56,879 nucleotides of DNA from Chiloscyllium plagiosum (lineage: Eukaryota), in contig NC_057750.1 of NCBI RefSeq assembly GCF_004010195.1, forward strand, positions 20,065,159 through 20,122,037, in the 5' to 3' direction. Made by a program: the position numbers and the translations under genes. The notes beneath the pieces are model-generated. The model was given only the letters and a program-made list of their open reading frames with translations. It had not been told where the DNA came from and did no database searches. Numbering within the stretch: position 1 is the stretch's first letter; each line of letters begins with the position of its first letter. Positions 39,037 through 50,068 of this stretch are shown piece after piece.

Positions 39037-39387
39037 TACATCCCTGTGAGGCAGACTGCACTGCAGACAGGCAGGGGATACCTGGGTACATGTCTCCTTC
39101 TCCCCCATGAAGTCCCAGCATTTAAAATAAATCATTGTAAGGCAATGGTTAGATACAGAGTAAAGCTCCTTCTACATTGTTCCCCCATCAACCCTCACAG
39201 GACAGCATATGGTTAGATACAGGGTAAATCCACCTCTGCCTCAAACACTCACAGGACAGGGACAGCACAGGGTTAGATACAGAGTAAAGCTCCCTCCACA
39301 CTGTCCCCATCAAACACTGACAGGATATGGACAGCACTGGGTTGGAGTAAAGCTTCCTATACACTGATGTCTGTGATTTCTTTCCAG

Positions 39388-39401
39388 GATCCAGACGCTA
39401 A
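39388..39401 (+). pseudogene. Copy A terminal coding exon (R-S-R-R-stop)
   Basis: ttctttccag|GATCCAGACGCTAA; stop at the same position as in copy B. Confidence 0.6.
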
Positions 39402-39481
39402 ATGCTGAATTGTTGAGTGGATTCACCAGGAATGAAGATGAGGAATCTCTGAACACAGATGGTGTCTGAACAGACAACATC

Positions 39482-39630
39482 TATGCTTGTTGTCGGTATT
39501 GGGTCTTTCAAGTTCATTAGCTGCTGTTTTACTGAGTTGGTGGGTTTGTGGGCTACCGTGATGCCAAGGGGTCTGAGTAGTCTGGCAGTCATTTCCGAGA
39601 TGTCTTTAATGTAGGGAAGAGTGGCAGGTG
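39482..39630 (-). mobile_element. Penelope-like ORF fragment
   Basis: ATLPYIKDISEMTARLLRPLGITVAHKPTNSVKQQLMNLKDP, the PLE RT-to-GIY-YIG linker. Confidence 0.75.
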
Positions 39631-39734
39631 GACTTGAGGAATGTCGGATCAACTGTGGTCTTACTGAATGACGGAGCAGGGGCCGAACGGCCTACTTCTG
39701 TCCCTATTTCGTAAGGTCTTACGGACAGCTTTAA

Positions 39735-40300
39735 ACCTTCCACTGAATATTTAGGGCTGTGCCATTGATGCTAAGGGAGCGGACAGGAACCTACCAAAGT
39801 CAAAGCCAGGAGTGAGACACCAGCAGCTAAAATCAGACACCACCTACAATCACACAGGGCACTGCAAACAAAACCAGCGAGTAATTCTCCTGACAGCCCG
39901 TGGAGTGGCGGCTTTTTCTGTCATTAGGAGCCTGACATTTTCAGACGCACCAGACACTTAAACCTTCCAAGATTTGACTGACATGGTTAAAGGGATATTA
40001 TGGCCCCAAGCCTCCTCTGATTCTGAGACGCTGTCGCTTTTGTTCAGCAATTCCAGAACCGGGGAATCCACGAGCTAGATTTTAGACAAGGTTAAGATGC
40101 CTGGTAGAGGTATGTAACTTTGGTTTAACCGTTAAAGAGATGCTGAGAGATCATTTGGTGTGTGGGATTAATGATGTAACCATGCAATAGCACCTACTAG
40201 CTGCAGCCCAACTGGACTTTAACCAGACGCTACAACTGGCTTTGTCATTGGAAAATGCAGCAAGTGGAGGATATGATTGGCAGGGTATTCCGATTGAAGT
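39735..40300 (+). mobile_element. Gypsy-type LTR retrotransposon remnants (RT and gag)
   Basis: YLGxxIDAKG-like remnant; YGPKPPLILRRCRFCSAIPEPGES and EMLRDHLVCGINDVTMQ..LLAAAQLDF gag-like motifs. Confidence 0.65.
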
Positions 40301-42061
40301 GCTGTCACTATCTATACTAAATAATTTAGCGCCTGTGAAATTAGGAATGATTCTTACCCTGCGCTGATATTAAAGAACTTTCCAGTCATTCTGGATTTTT
40401 CTGACAGAGCATGAAAAGACCAGTTTATTTTAAAATCACGCAAATACCCTCTTTGCTGATGGCAAGGGCTACATTGGAGCTCCTTTCCTGGGTTCATCCA
40501 TCGTTTGGTAAATAAACTAGACTGGTGTAGACTGCTTGAACGATTGTTATTCAGTAAGGGGCATCACTAGATGCCCAGCCCATGTTGAGGTTTCTTCTGT
40601 CCATTATTCTGTCTTAAAAATGTCCAATTGGAACACTGGAGGCACGCTGTCAGAAATTGGTGAGGATTAAAATTCTATAAGGACACAGACTTTGTGTCTA
40701 CAGCACTGAGAGTTAGTTATTACCTCCCAACTATCAGGAAGAGAGTGTTCTAACTTCTCTACTTCTCTCAGCACCATTTCACGTTGCATCTCAGATGTGC
40801 CCGACAGCTGCTTTTTTTCCCTGAGTAAAGCAAACTTAGAGAGATTTCTTTCACCTTCAAAACAATTACATTCTAATCAACAAGAAATTAGCTGTTTTCC
40901 TGGCGGCTTAGTGCCTTATCTTCAACTCCTCACAGATATTGGCACTCAGAAAATGATGCTGCTCAAGAAACCATTGTTGTCCAAAGCTGTTGTCCAGTTG
41001 GCCTTCAATTAGTTTCCAAATATCTACCGTCAAATTTGTTATTGGAGACAGGCTGCTGTTCCCATGGTGCGAGTGGACCTCCAACAAGATGCTCTATCCA
41101 AAACGGTCAGCTCCCGTAACTTAAGAAACCGAGTGTGGACATGGAGGTATTGAAGGAACCAATAGACATGCATTACAGGTGACTACTGGACACAAAAGTC
41201 TATTCTCAGCTACATGAGTGTCCAGGGTTAGATTAGGTTACAATAGAGGAGTTTGCTCTAAGTCACATGTCATACAGCTTGAGGGTTAGAGACAATATGA
41301 GACCCTTCATGACTGCAGCTGACGCCTGTCAGCGTTGGAGACAGCGAGTTTGCCTTCAACAGTTGCTATAAGCAATGGCTTTAAGTTAGTAATCAGAGAC
41401 TTTTCTTTCAAATTGGCAGACAGCTACCAGGTGTCATGTGTAAACCAGTGTAAGTATCCCAGGGAAAGAAGGTAGGGAAGCAGCATTTCAATCAACAATC
41501 TCAACAAATCCTGTGATCAGAGACCAGGAAAATGCTCTCTCAGTTTCCCCTCCATTCATGGGACCCAGGTTTCTTTCCCTATTGATGCCTGTGTTTGTGT
41601 GTGTGTGCTCTTCTACATGCGCACATGTGTGTCTGAGTGCATATGTGTTTGTGCATGTGTGTGTGTGCGCATGAGAGAGTGTGTGCATGGAAGAATATAT
41701 GTGTGTGTGTGCGCGTGTGTGGGAGAGAGAGTCTGTGTGTGCCTGTGAGTGTGAATGTGTGTACATTTATAAATGGGTGACAGTTTTAGCTAGATGATAT
41801 TTGTGTTTGTTTCTCTGTAGCTGGAGTCTATTCACTTGGAATAAATAGGGAATCCTTATAAATACAGAGACCAGCTCTGGGTTTTCTCTCAACCAGGGTT
41901 TGAAAGACAGGGAATTTGGGGAATTCTGCCCATTCCTACCACATCTTTAATGTTTGTGATAACACAGAGAACAGCAGGGTCTTCATTTCCAGGGTACGTA
42001 CCTAGTGAGGTATTACACATTCAGTCACACTTTCCCACGCCAGTCGTGTGCCTTGTGGAAC

Positions 42062-42067
42062 TTTATT
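42062..42067 (-). promoter_or_regulatory. Candidate polyadenylation signal for copy B
   Basis: AATAAA on the minus strand ~380 nt downstream of the predicted stop. Confidence 0.4.
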
Positions 42068-42446
42068 GAGAGAATATCCTGTAACAGACGGTAAACACAG
42101 GAACGCAGTGGGAGTTATTCTGGAAATCTCGACAAGTGGGAAGCAGGAGGAGGGTTTGGAAATCTCGATAGGATCAATTTGATGTTATCCTCTCGGGATT
42201 TGGGAGATGGGGGTGTAATCTCCTCTGGATACATAAAATCGGGATTTGGATTCCTGTTGGGAGATGGCCTGGGAGATGATGTAATCCCAGGGAAAACATT
42301 AGGGTTTAGGAAAGTGGGACTGGGGTCAAGTTTCAGTTTTGGGTCATGGTTCAGAGGGTGGTCTGGGATGTTGTCTGTTCGGACACCGTCTGTGTTCAGA
42401 GATTCCTCATCTTCATTCCTGGTGAATCCACTCAACAATTCAACAT

Positions 42447-42460
42447 TTAGGGTTCAGATC
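42447..42460 (-). CDS. Copy B terminal coding exon (R-S-E-P-stop)
   Basis: ttttttccag|GATCTGAACCCTAA, phase 1; homologous to 39388-39401. Confidence 0.6.
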
Positions 42461-42489
42461 CTGGAAAAAAAATCACAGACATCAGGGTA

Positions 42490-43035
42490 CAAGCTTTACT
42501 CTAACCCAGTGCTGTCCATATCCTGACAGTGTTTGATGGGGGACAGTGTGGGGTGACGTTTCCTCTGCATGTAATGACATGCTGTCCATGACCTGGTAGG
42601 GTGTGACAGTGTAGAGGAAGCTTTACTCTGCATCAGACTCTGTGCTATCCCTAACCTGAGAGTGTTTGATGAGGCAGTGCAGAGTGAGCATTACTTTGTA
42701 TCTTAGCTCATGCTGTCCCTGTCCTGGGAGAGTTTCATGGGGGAATGGTGGAGAGGGAGCTTTACACAGTATCTCACCGTGTGCTGTGCCTTCGCTGGGA
42801 GTGTTTGATGGGGGCAGTGTAGAGGGAGCATTACTCAGTATCTAACCCTGTACTATCCCTGTTGTGGGAGTGGTTGAAGGGGGACAGTGTGGGGGGAGCT
42901 TTACTCCATATCTAGCCCCGTGCTGTCCCTGTACTGCGAGTGGTCAGTGAAGAGAGAGTATTACTCAGTATCTAACCCTGTACTATCTCTGTCATGGGAG
43001 TGGTTGAAGGGGGATGGTATAGAGGGAGTTTTACT
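42490..43035. repeat. ~68-bp tandem repeat array
   Basis: Same unit as at 29165 and 48150; inverted counterpart at 39140-39365. Confidence 0.85.
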
Positions 43036-43324
43036 CTGGGGGAGAAGGAAACATGTGCCCAGGTATGCCCTGCCTGTCTGCAGTGCGGTCTGCCTCACAG
43101 GGATGTAGTTAGAGCTAAAGCTGTATAATAAAGAGCAGGTTGTTTTCATGAAGTGCCTCCACTAATTGCTGTCCCTGACCATAAAGAGTTTGCAAATGTT
43201 TTGCAGCCAATGGGGCTCCAGCCAGCGGTGACATCATCGTATGAATTGTGTGTGAAGATGCTGATCATTTGCTGAGACTGTAACTTCACCAAAACGTATC
43301 ACACACAATGTTTATCTCCAATCA

Positions 43325-44020
43325 GGGGAGTGTTGCTGAACAAATAGCCCTAGGAGTGCAGGGTCATAATTCCCTGAAACTGGAATCACAGGTAGATAGG
43401 ATAGTGAAGGTGGCATTTTACATACTTTCCCATATTGGTCAGTGCACTGGCTATAGGAATTGGGAAGTCATGTTGCGCCGGTACAGGACATTGATAAGGC
43501 CACTTTTGGAATATTGCCTGCCATCAGAACGATGTTGTGAAATTTGAAAGTGTTTCAAAAAGATTTACGAGGATGTTGCCAGGGTTGGAGGGTTTGAGTT
43601 GTCGGAATAAGCTGGGCCCGTTTTCCCTGGAGCACCGGAGGCTGAAGGGTGACCTGATAGAGGTTCATAAAATGGTTAGGGGCATGAATAGGGTAAATAG
43701 ACAAAGTCTTTTCCCTGGGTTGGGGGAGTTCAGAACTGGAGGGCAAAGGCGAGACAGGAAAAATTTATAAAGGACCTGAGGAACAAATTTTTCACACAGA
43801 GAGTGGTGTGTGTATGGAATGAGCTGCCATAGGAAGTGGAGGAGTCTAGTATAATTAGAGCATTTAAAAAGACATCTAGATGGGTATATGAATAGGAAGA
43901 GTTTAGAGGGATATGGGACAAGTGCTGGCAAATGGGACAACATTAGTTGGGGATATCTGGTCGGCATGGACGAGTTGGATCGAGGTGTCTGTTTCCGTGC
44001 TGTACATCTCTTTGACTCTC
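43325..44020 (+). mobile_element. CR1 3' fragment
   Basis: ORFs 43308 and 43537: RPLLEYC, KRFTRMLPGL, RLKGDLIEV. Confidence 0.85.
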
Positions 44021-44120
44021 AAGCTCACTTCTTGATATCGATGTCAGAAAACGAGCATCTTCAATCACCTCAGTTCCTGCACCTTCCCATGCCCACCCAA
44101 ACACCACCCCCATCACTTAC

Positions 44121-44267
44121 GTCTCACGTTGAGAGTGATTTCAACCTCGTCAAGGTGACTCCCGTCCTGGGACCACACCATGCACCTGTAGGTCCCACTG
44201 TCCTCTACCCTGGTCGTGTTGATATGGAGACCCCAGGGAAATCTTTTGATCCGCTTTTGGTACTTCT
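44121..44267 (-). CDS. Copy B domain-2 exon c, JAM-A-like V domain D-G strands
   Basis: ttttcag|...|gtaagt, 147 nt open: EKYQKRIKRFPWGLHINTTRVEDSGTYRCMVWSQDGSHLDEVEITLNVR; not in the ORF track. Confidence 0.9.
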
Positions 44268-44569
44268 CTGAAAAGAGTGGAGAGAGAACAAGAAGGAGGG
44301 ATTGGTCACTCTAAATTATTCAGTGTTCAGGACTGTGCAATTTATGGGGGATTGGCCATGCTAAATTACCCATAGTGTCCAGGGATGTGTCGGTTAGGGT
44401 GGATTGGCCATGCTAAATTACCCGGAAGTGAAAGGCCATTATCCTTCAGAATGGAGACAGCAACAATTGAAGCCACAATGATGTGCTGTCACTATCACTG
44501 CCAGGGTCAGGAAAGCAACAAGGTCTGTAACAGATACAGAGTCTCTGCCTTGTTGTAGATCACACAACA

Positions 44570-45665
44570 TACAGGGACAACTAGCCACTTGGCTACAAAC
44601 TGGTTCCAAGGTAGGAGACAGAGGGCATTGGTGGAGGGTTGCCTTTGAGACTGGAGTACTGTGACCAGTGGTGTGCCACAAGGATCTTTGCTGGGTCCAC
44701 TGCTTTTTGTCATTGATATAAATGATTTGGATGTGAGCATAAGAGGTATGATCTGTAAATTTGCAGGTGACACCAAAATTGGAAGCGTACTGGACAGCAA
44801 AAATGGTTACCTCAGATTACAACAAGATCTTGATCAGATAGGCCAGTGGGCTGAGAAGTAGCAGATGGATTTTAATTTAGATAAATGTGAGGTTCTGCAT
44901 TTTGGAAAAGCAAATCTGAGCCGGACTTATACACTTAATGGTAAATTCCTGGGGAGTATTGCCAAACAAGGAGATCTTGGAGTGCAGGTTCATAGTTCCC
45001 TGAAAGTGGGTTTGCAGGTAGAGAGGATACTGAAGATGGCATTTGGCATGCTTTCCCATTATTAATCAAAGCATTGAGTATTGGTGTTGTGAGGTCCTGC
45101 TGCAGCTGATCAGGACATTGATTAGGCCACTTTTGGAATGCTGAATGTAATTCTGGTCTCCTTCTTATCGGAAGGATGTTGTGAAATTTCAAAGGGTTCA
45201 GAAAAGATTTACAAGGATGTTGCCAGTTTTGGTGAGTCTGAGCTAAAGGGAGAAGCTGGGTCGGCTGGGGTTGTTTTCCCTCGAGCATCGGAGGCTGAGG
45301 GGTGACCTTATAGAGGTTTATAAAATCATGAGGGGCATGGATAGGGTAAATAGGTCTTTTGCCTGGGTGGGGGAGTCCAGAACTAGAGAACATAGGTTCA
45401 GGTTGAGAGGGGAAAAAATATAATTGGGACTTAAGGGAAAATGTTTTCACACAGAGGGTGGTGTGTGTATGGAATGAGCTGCCAGAGGAAGTGGTGGACG
45501 CTGGTACAATTACAACATTTAAAAGGCATTTGGATGGGTATATGAAGGGGAAGGATTTAGAGGGATATGTGCCCAATGGGACGAGATTAATTTAGGATAT
45601 CTGGTCGGGAAGGACGTGTTGGTCTGAAGGGTCTATTTCTGTGCTGTACAGCTCTATGACTCCAT
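44570..45665 (+). mobile_element. CR1 ORF2 3' part
   Basis: GVPQGSLLGP, KFAGDTK, DLGVQVHSSLK and CR1 tail. Confidence 0.9.
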
Positions 45666-46134
45666 GTTGAACTTTGAAATTCCATGTTAATTTGTAACTA
45701 GGGCAACAAGGGATGTGATGAACACCAGCGATGGCATCATCCCACGAGTGAGTAAAAGAATGAAACTTGCTGAGCAATGAATGAATGAACAAGATGTGCT
45801 GAAGGACAGCCATTAGTTGGGATGGATTGTAGCCTTTGAAAGAAAGGGGGATGTTTTCTCTAGTCTCACAGATACACTCATGGTTATAGTCACAGATGGA
45901 ATAAAGTTCCCCGTATTCCATCACAGCCGAGGTCACCTGAAGCAAGGCACTCTACTTAAAGAAACCTGTCACCTGGGAGCTAAATGTGACCCCAGACACT
46001 TATATACCTGAGCAATGTAATGTTTTAGCGGTTACAGACATCTGTGAAGCTATATCTACAATATCCAGATGACAGTGTGTTTTAAGGTTGCAAGGGACAA
46101 TATAAATGGTGTCACATTTTGGAATATAACGTGG

Positions 46135-46715
46135 TAGGCACAGTGGCTCAGTGGTTAGCACTGCTGCCTAACGGTGCCAGGGACCTGGGTTTGATTCCAC
46201 CTTTGGGTGACTGTCTGTGTGGAGTTTGCACATTCTCCTCATTCCCACCGGGTGCTCCTGTTTCCTCCCAGAATCCAAACATGTGCAGGTTTGGGTGAAT
46301 TGGCCAGTGCTAAATAAGCCCATAATGTTCAGAGATTTGCATTTTAGGGTGGATTGGCCATGCTAAATTATATATAGTGTTCAGGGATGTACAGGTTCGG
46401 GTGGATTGTCCATGCTAAATTACCCCATAGTGTTCAGAGATGTGTAGGTTAGGGTGGATTGGCCATGCCAAATTACCCCATAGTGATCAGGGATGTGCAG
46501 GTTAGGGTGGATTGGCCATGCTAAATTCCCCATCGTCTCCAGGGATGTGTAGGTTAGGGTGGATTGGTCACTCTAAATTACCCCATAGTCTCCAGGGATG
46601 TGCAGGTTGGTGTGGATTGACCATGGGGAATACAGGGATGGGCAAGCTGCCTTTCGGGGGTTCGGTTTGGAGCTGTTGGGCTGAATGGCCTATTTCCCTA
46701 CTGTAGGGATTCTAT
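46135..46715 (+). mobile_element. HE1-type SINE with internal tandem repeats
   Basis: ggcacagtggctcagtggttagc head and ~52-bp repeats. Confidence 0.85.
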
Positions 46716-46885
46716 GTTGTTGACCAATTCCCACAGGGCCCTAGGGTGTTTTGAGAGAATGACAATGTATAGAACGTGTCTCATCCTCTTCCTGTTAAAC
46801 AGCTCACTGTGGGTTCAGGGAGTCCAACACACAGGGGGCTATGAGTGCGGCATGTGGACGGGAGTCACGAAGGAGAAAGACCTAC

Positions 46886-47002
46886 CAGTGATATGGCCTT
46901 CGAAATACACCATATCTTGACTGCCATCCTGCTTGATGAATTTCCACTCAACTTGAACTTCAGGCCCAAAGTCAGACGAGTGACGGCACAGAAGGTCAGT
47001 GG
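46886..47002 (-). CDS. Copy B domain-2 exon b, JAM-A-like B-C-C' strands
   Basis: ctccag|...|gtaggt, 117 nt open: STDLLCRHSSDFGPEVQVEWKFIKQDGSQDMVYFEGHIT, similar to JAM-A LSCAYSGFSSPRVEWKF...LVCYNNKIT. Confidence 0.9.
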
Positions 47003-47209
47003 CTGGAGGAAAGAGAGAGGAATTAAAATCACCCAAAGACTCTCCTGAGCCAACACCGCATTGGCACCCAACACAACAGCCTTGGAGGGGGCACCAATGA
47101 GTCACCAGGCATCAACAAACCACCTCAGGCAACACATTCACCCCTACAATAGCCCAGGGTGGGCACAGCATTTTGGGGCGTGGTGGTGGCAGGATGTGGC
47201 CGAGAGGAA

Positions 47210-47450
47210 ATTACAGAGATAGAGGGGGATGTAAGGGCTGGAGGGGGTTACAGAGATAGGGAAAGTGTGTTGGGGCTGGAGGGGGTTACAGAGATACGGA
47301 GAGGTGTAGGGGCTGGAGGGGGTTACAGAGATAGAGAGGGATGTAGGGGCTGGAGGGGGTTACAGAGATAGGGAGGGGGTGTAGAGGCTGGAGGGGGTTA
47401 CTGAGATAGGGAGGGGGTGTCGGGGCCAGAGGGGGTTACAGAGATAGAGA
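47210..47450. repeat. ~37-bp minisatellite (inverted relative to 34985-35250)
   Basis: ggggctggagggggttacagagatag units. Confidence 0.85.
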
Positions 47451-47509
47451 GAGAGATGTCGGACAACCCCACTGACAGTGAATCAGTGACCAGTGAGGTT
47501 TTGTGATCA

Positions 47510-47820
47510 TCTCCCTCCCAGGACAGGATATCAATTTGTGTCCTGTGCCCAGCTCCGCTCCAGGGACAGGTTACCTGCCTCTGTCCTGTGACCAGCTCCA
47601 TCCCAGGGACAGAATACATGCCTCCGTCTTATGACCAGCTCTGCCCCAGGGACAAGATACCTGCCTCCATCCTGTGACCAGCTCCGCCCCAGGGACAGGC
47701 AACCTGTCTTCATCCTGTGACCAGCTGCACCGCGGGGATAGGATCCCTGCCTCCGTCCTGTGACCCGCTCCACCCCAGGGACAGGAGACCTGCCTCCGTC
47801 CTGTGACCAGCTCCATCCTG
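47510..47820. repeat. ~43-bp minisatellite
   Basis: cctgtgaccagctccgccccagggacagg..ctgcctccgt units. Confidence 0.85.
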
Positions 47821-48007
47821 CAACCATAGTTTATCACACGTCCTTCCCAGATATTCATCAGGTTTCTGTGGACTGTGCACTCGGATTCTCCAACATTTCC
47901 CCATTCCCACCTCAGTCCAGGCTTTACTGAGTGTTTTCCACAATTACACCTCCCTCTCCCTACTCCCCTGACGCCCAAACCCTATAAACATTCACATGAA
48001 AACTTAC

Positions 48008-48070
48008 ACATTCCACTCCACACGTTGACTTTGGGATTATCAGCTATCGCTGAGAAAGGTCTATTCAGCC
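48008..48070 (-). CDS. Copy B domain-2 exon a
   Basis: ttctgacag|...|gtaagt, 63 nt, phase 1-1: GLNRPFSAIADNPKVNVWSGM; joins in frame to the exon starting at 47002. Confidence 0.75.
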
Positions 48071-48149
48071 CTGTCAGAAAACAGAGGACTGTTTAGACAG
48101 ACTGATCTCACCAGGATGTACCGTAGGCTTCAGTGGGATGAGCGTGGAG

Positions 48150-48990
48150 AGAGCTTTACTCTGGATCTAACCCTGTGCTGTCCCTGTCCTGGGAGTGTTT
48201 AATGTGGTACAGTGTAGAGGAAGCTTTACTCTGTATCTAACCCCATCATACAGTCAAAAACCCTACAGTGTGGAAACACGTCCTTCAGCCCAACAAGTTC
48301 ACACTGACCCTCCGAAGAGTAACTCACCCAGACACATTCCCCCTTACCCTATTACTCTACATTTCTCTGTCACTAATGCACCTCACCTGCATATGCCTGA
48401 ACACTATGGGGCAATTTAGCATCACTCAACCAACCAAACCTACACACTTTGGACTGTGGAAGGAAACCGGAGCAAACCCAGACAGACACAGGGAGAATGT
48501 GCAAACTCCACACAGACAGTCGCCCGATGGTGGAATCTAACTCGGGACCCTGGCGCTGTGAGGCAGCAGTACTAACCACTGAGCCACTCTGTCTATCCTA
48601 GGGGTGCTGGATGGGGGACAGTATACAAGGAGTTTTTACTCTGTATCTAACCCCATGCTCTCCCTGTCCTAGGAGTGTTTGATGGGGGATAGTATACAGG
48701 GAGCTTTACTCTGTATCTAACCCCATGCTGTCCCTCTCCTGGGAGTGTTTGATGGGGACAGTGTAGAGGGAGCTTTACTCTGTATCTAACCCCGTGCTCT
48801 CCCGTTTCAAGGAGTGTTTGATGGGGACAGTGTAAAGGAAGCTTTACCCTGTATCTAACCCCGTGCTGTCCCTCTCCGGGGAATGTTTGATGGGAGACAG
48901 TGTAGAGAGAGCTTTACTCTGTATCTAACTTCATGCTGTCCCTGTGCTGGGAGTGTTTGACAGGGGACAGTGAAGAGAGAGCTTTACTCC
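48150..48990. repeat. ~68-bp tandem repeat array interrupted by an HE1-type SINE (48260-48590 -)
   Basis: Repeated ctttactctgtatctaaccccgtgctgtccct...gtttgatggggacagtgta units. Confidence 0.85.
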
Positions 48991-49035
48991 ATACACTTCT
49001 ACCCATGAATGAAGTGTCTGGGGGTGGCTGAGAGG

Positions 49036-49049
49036 GAGCCCCCTGCTGG
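49036..49049 (-). promoter_or_regulatory. CTCF-like motif
   Basis: Minus strand CCAGCAGGGGGCTC; motif match only. Confidence 0.35.
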
Positions 49050-49541
49050 TCTATCTCCTGTCACTCTGCAGTGATGAAGGGCTTATTCTTGAAATGTCGA
49101 TTCTCCTGCCCCTCGGATGCTGCCTGACCGGCTGTGCTTTTCCAGCACCATCCTCTCGACTCTGATCTCCAGCATCTGCAGTGCTCGCTTTCTCCTTCAG
49201 TGATGTCTGACTAACATGTCCATCATTACATGTACAATAAAGACCATCCCGTTTGTGAGGAATCACTGTCCTGGTGAGGCCCTGGGATTCCGTATTCCCA
49301 ACCACGAGGAGGCTATGCATTGTTTGCGGTCAGTCTGGCAGGAGGGGCAGTGAGTGCGATGCAAGTCCGGTCCTGAACCAGGGTACTGCTGATCCAGAAA
49401 CCCACCTCTACTGCAAGTGGGACTTATCCCAAAGGGAACAAACTCCCATCTTGGAAATTCCACAATTTCAAATTTTCTCAATTGTGCCGCGCCTAAGATG
49501 GCCCTGATCCCTCTGATTCCTGTCTCCCTCCCCTCATGTAC

Positions 49542-49568
49542 CTTGGACATCGAGATCCACCGTAACCT
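49542..49568 (-). CDS. Copy B domain-1 exon c, 3' end only (rest in gap)
   Basis: VTVDLDVQ(G)|gtacat G strand, equivalent to copy A VEIQLHVK(G)|gtatgt; the downstream intron shares motifs with 34400-34780. Confidence 0.6.
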
Positions 49569-50068
49569 NNNNNNNNNNNNNNNNNNNNNNNNNNNNNNNN
49601 NNNNNNNNNNNNNNNNNNNNNNNNNNNNNNNNNNNNNNNNNNNNNNNNNNNNNNNNNNNNNNNNNNNNNNNNNNNNNNNNNNNNNNNNNNNNNNNNNNNN
49701 NNNNNNNNNNNNNNNNNNNNNNNNNNNNNNNNNNNNNNNNNNNNNNNNNNNNNNNNNNNNNNNNNNNNNNNNNNNNNNNNNNNNNNNNNNNNNNNNNNNN
49801 NNNNNNNNNNNNNNNNNNNNNNNNNNNNNNNNNNNNNNNNNNNNNNNNNNNNNNNNNNNNNNNNNNNNNNNNNNNNNNNNNNNNNNNNNNNNNNNNNNNN
49901 NNNNNNNNNNNNNNNNNNNNNNNNNNNNNNNNNNNNNNNNNNNNNNNNNNNNNNNNNNNNNNNNNNNNNNNNNNNNNNNNNNNNNNNNNNNNNNNNNNNN
50001 NNNNNNNNNNNNNNNNNNNNNNNNNNNNNNNNNNNNNNNNNNNNNNNNNNNNNNNNNNNNNNNNNNNN
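49569..50068. other. Assembly gap
   Basis: 500 N. Confidence 1.

Larger units (their letters stand above)
27761..39401 (+). pseudogene. JAM-A/CTX-like two-V-domain gene, copy A (pseudogene)
   Basis: Seven phase-1 exons listed separately; lesions are Cys->Arg (32339), TAA (34326), TGA (35548) and GT->TT donor (35588). Confidence 0.8.

Noticed and set aside
42115..42438. 107-aa Pro-rich ORF as a cytoplasmic tail
   Set aside because: The phase-1 splice from 44121 stops after 4 codons in both paralogues, and copy A has a stop in this frame; most likely 3' UTR
30707..48070. Rearranging Ig/TCR/IgNAR V segments
   Set aside because: The V domains are split over three GT-AG exons and include the G strand; no heptamer-nonamer RSS was seen beside them
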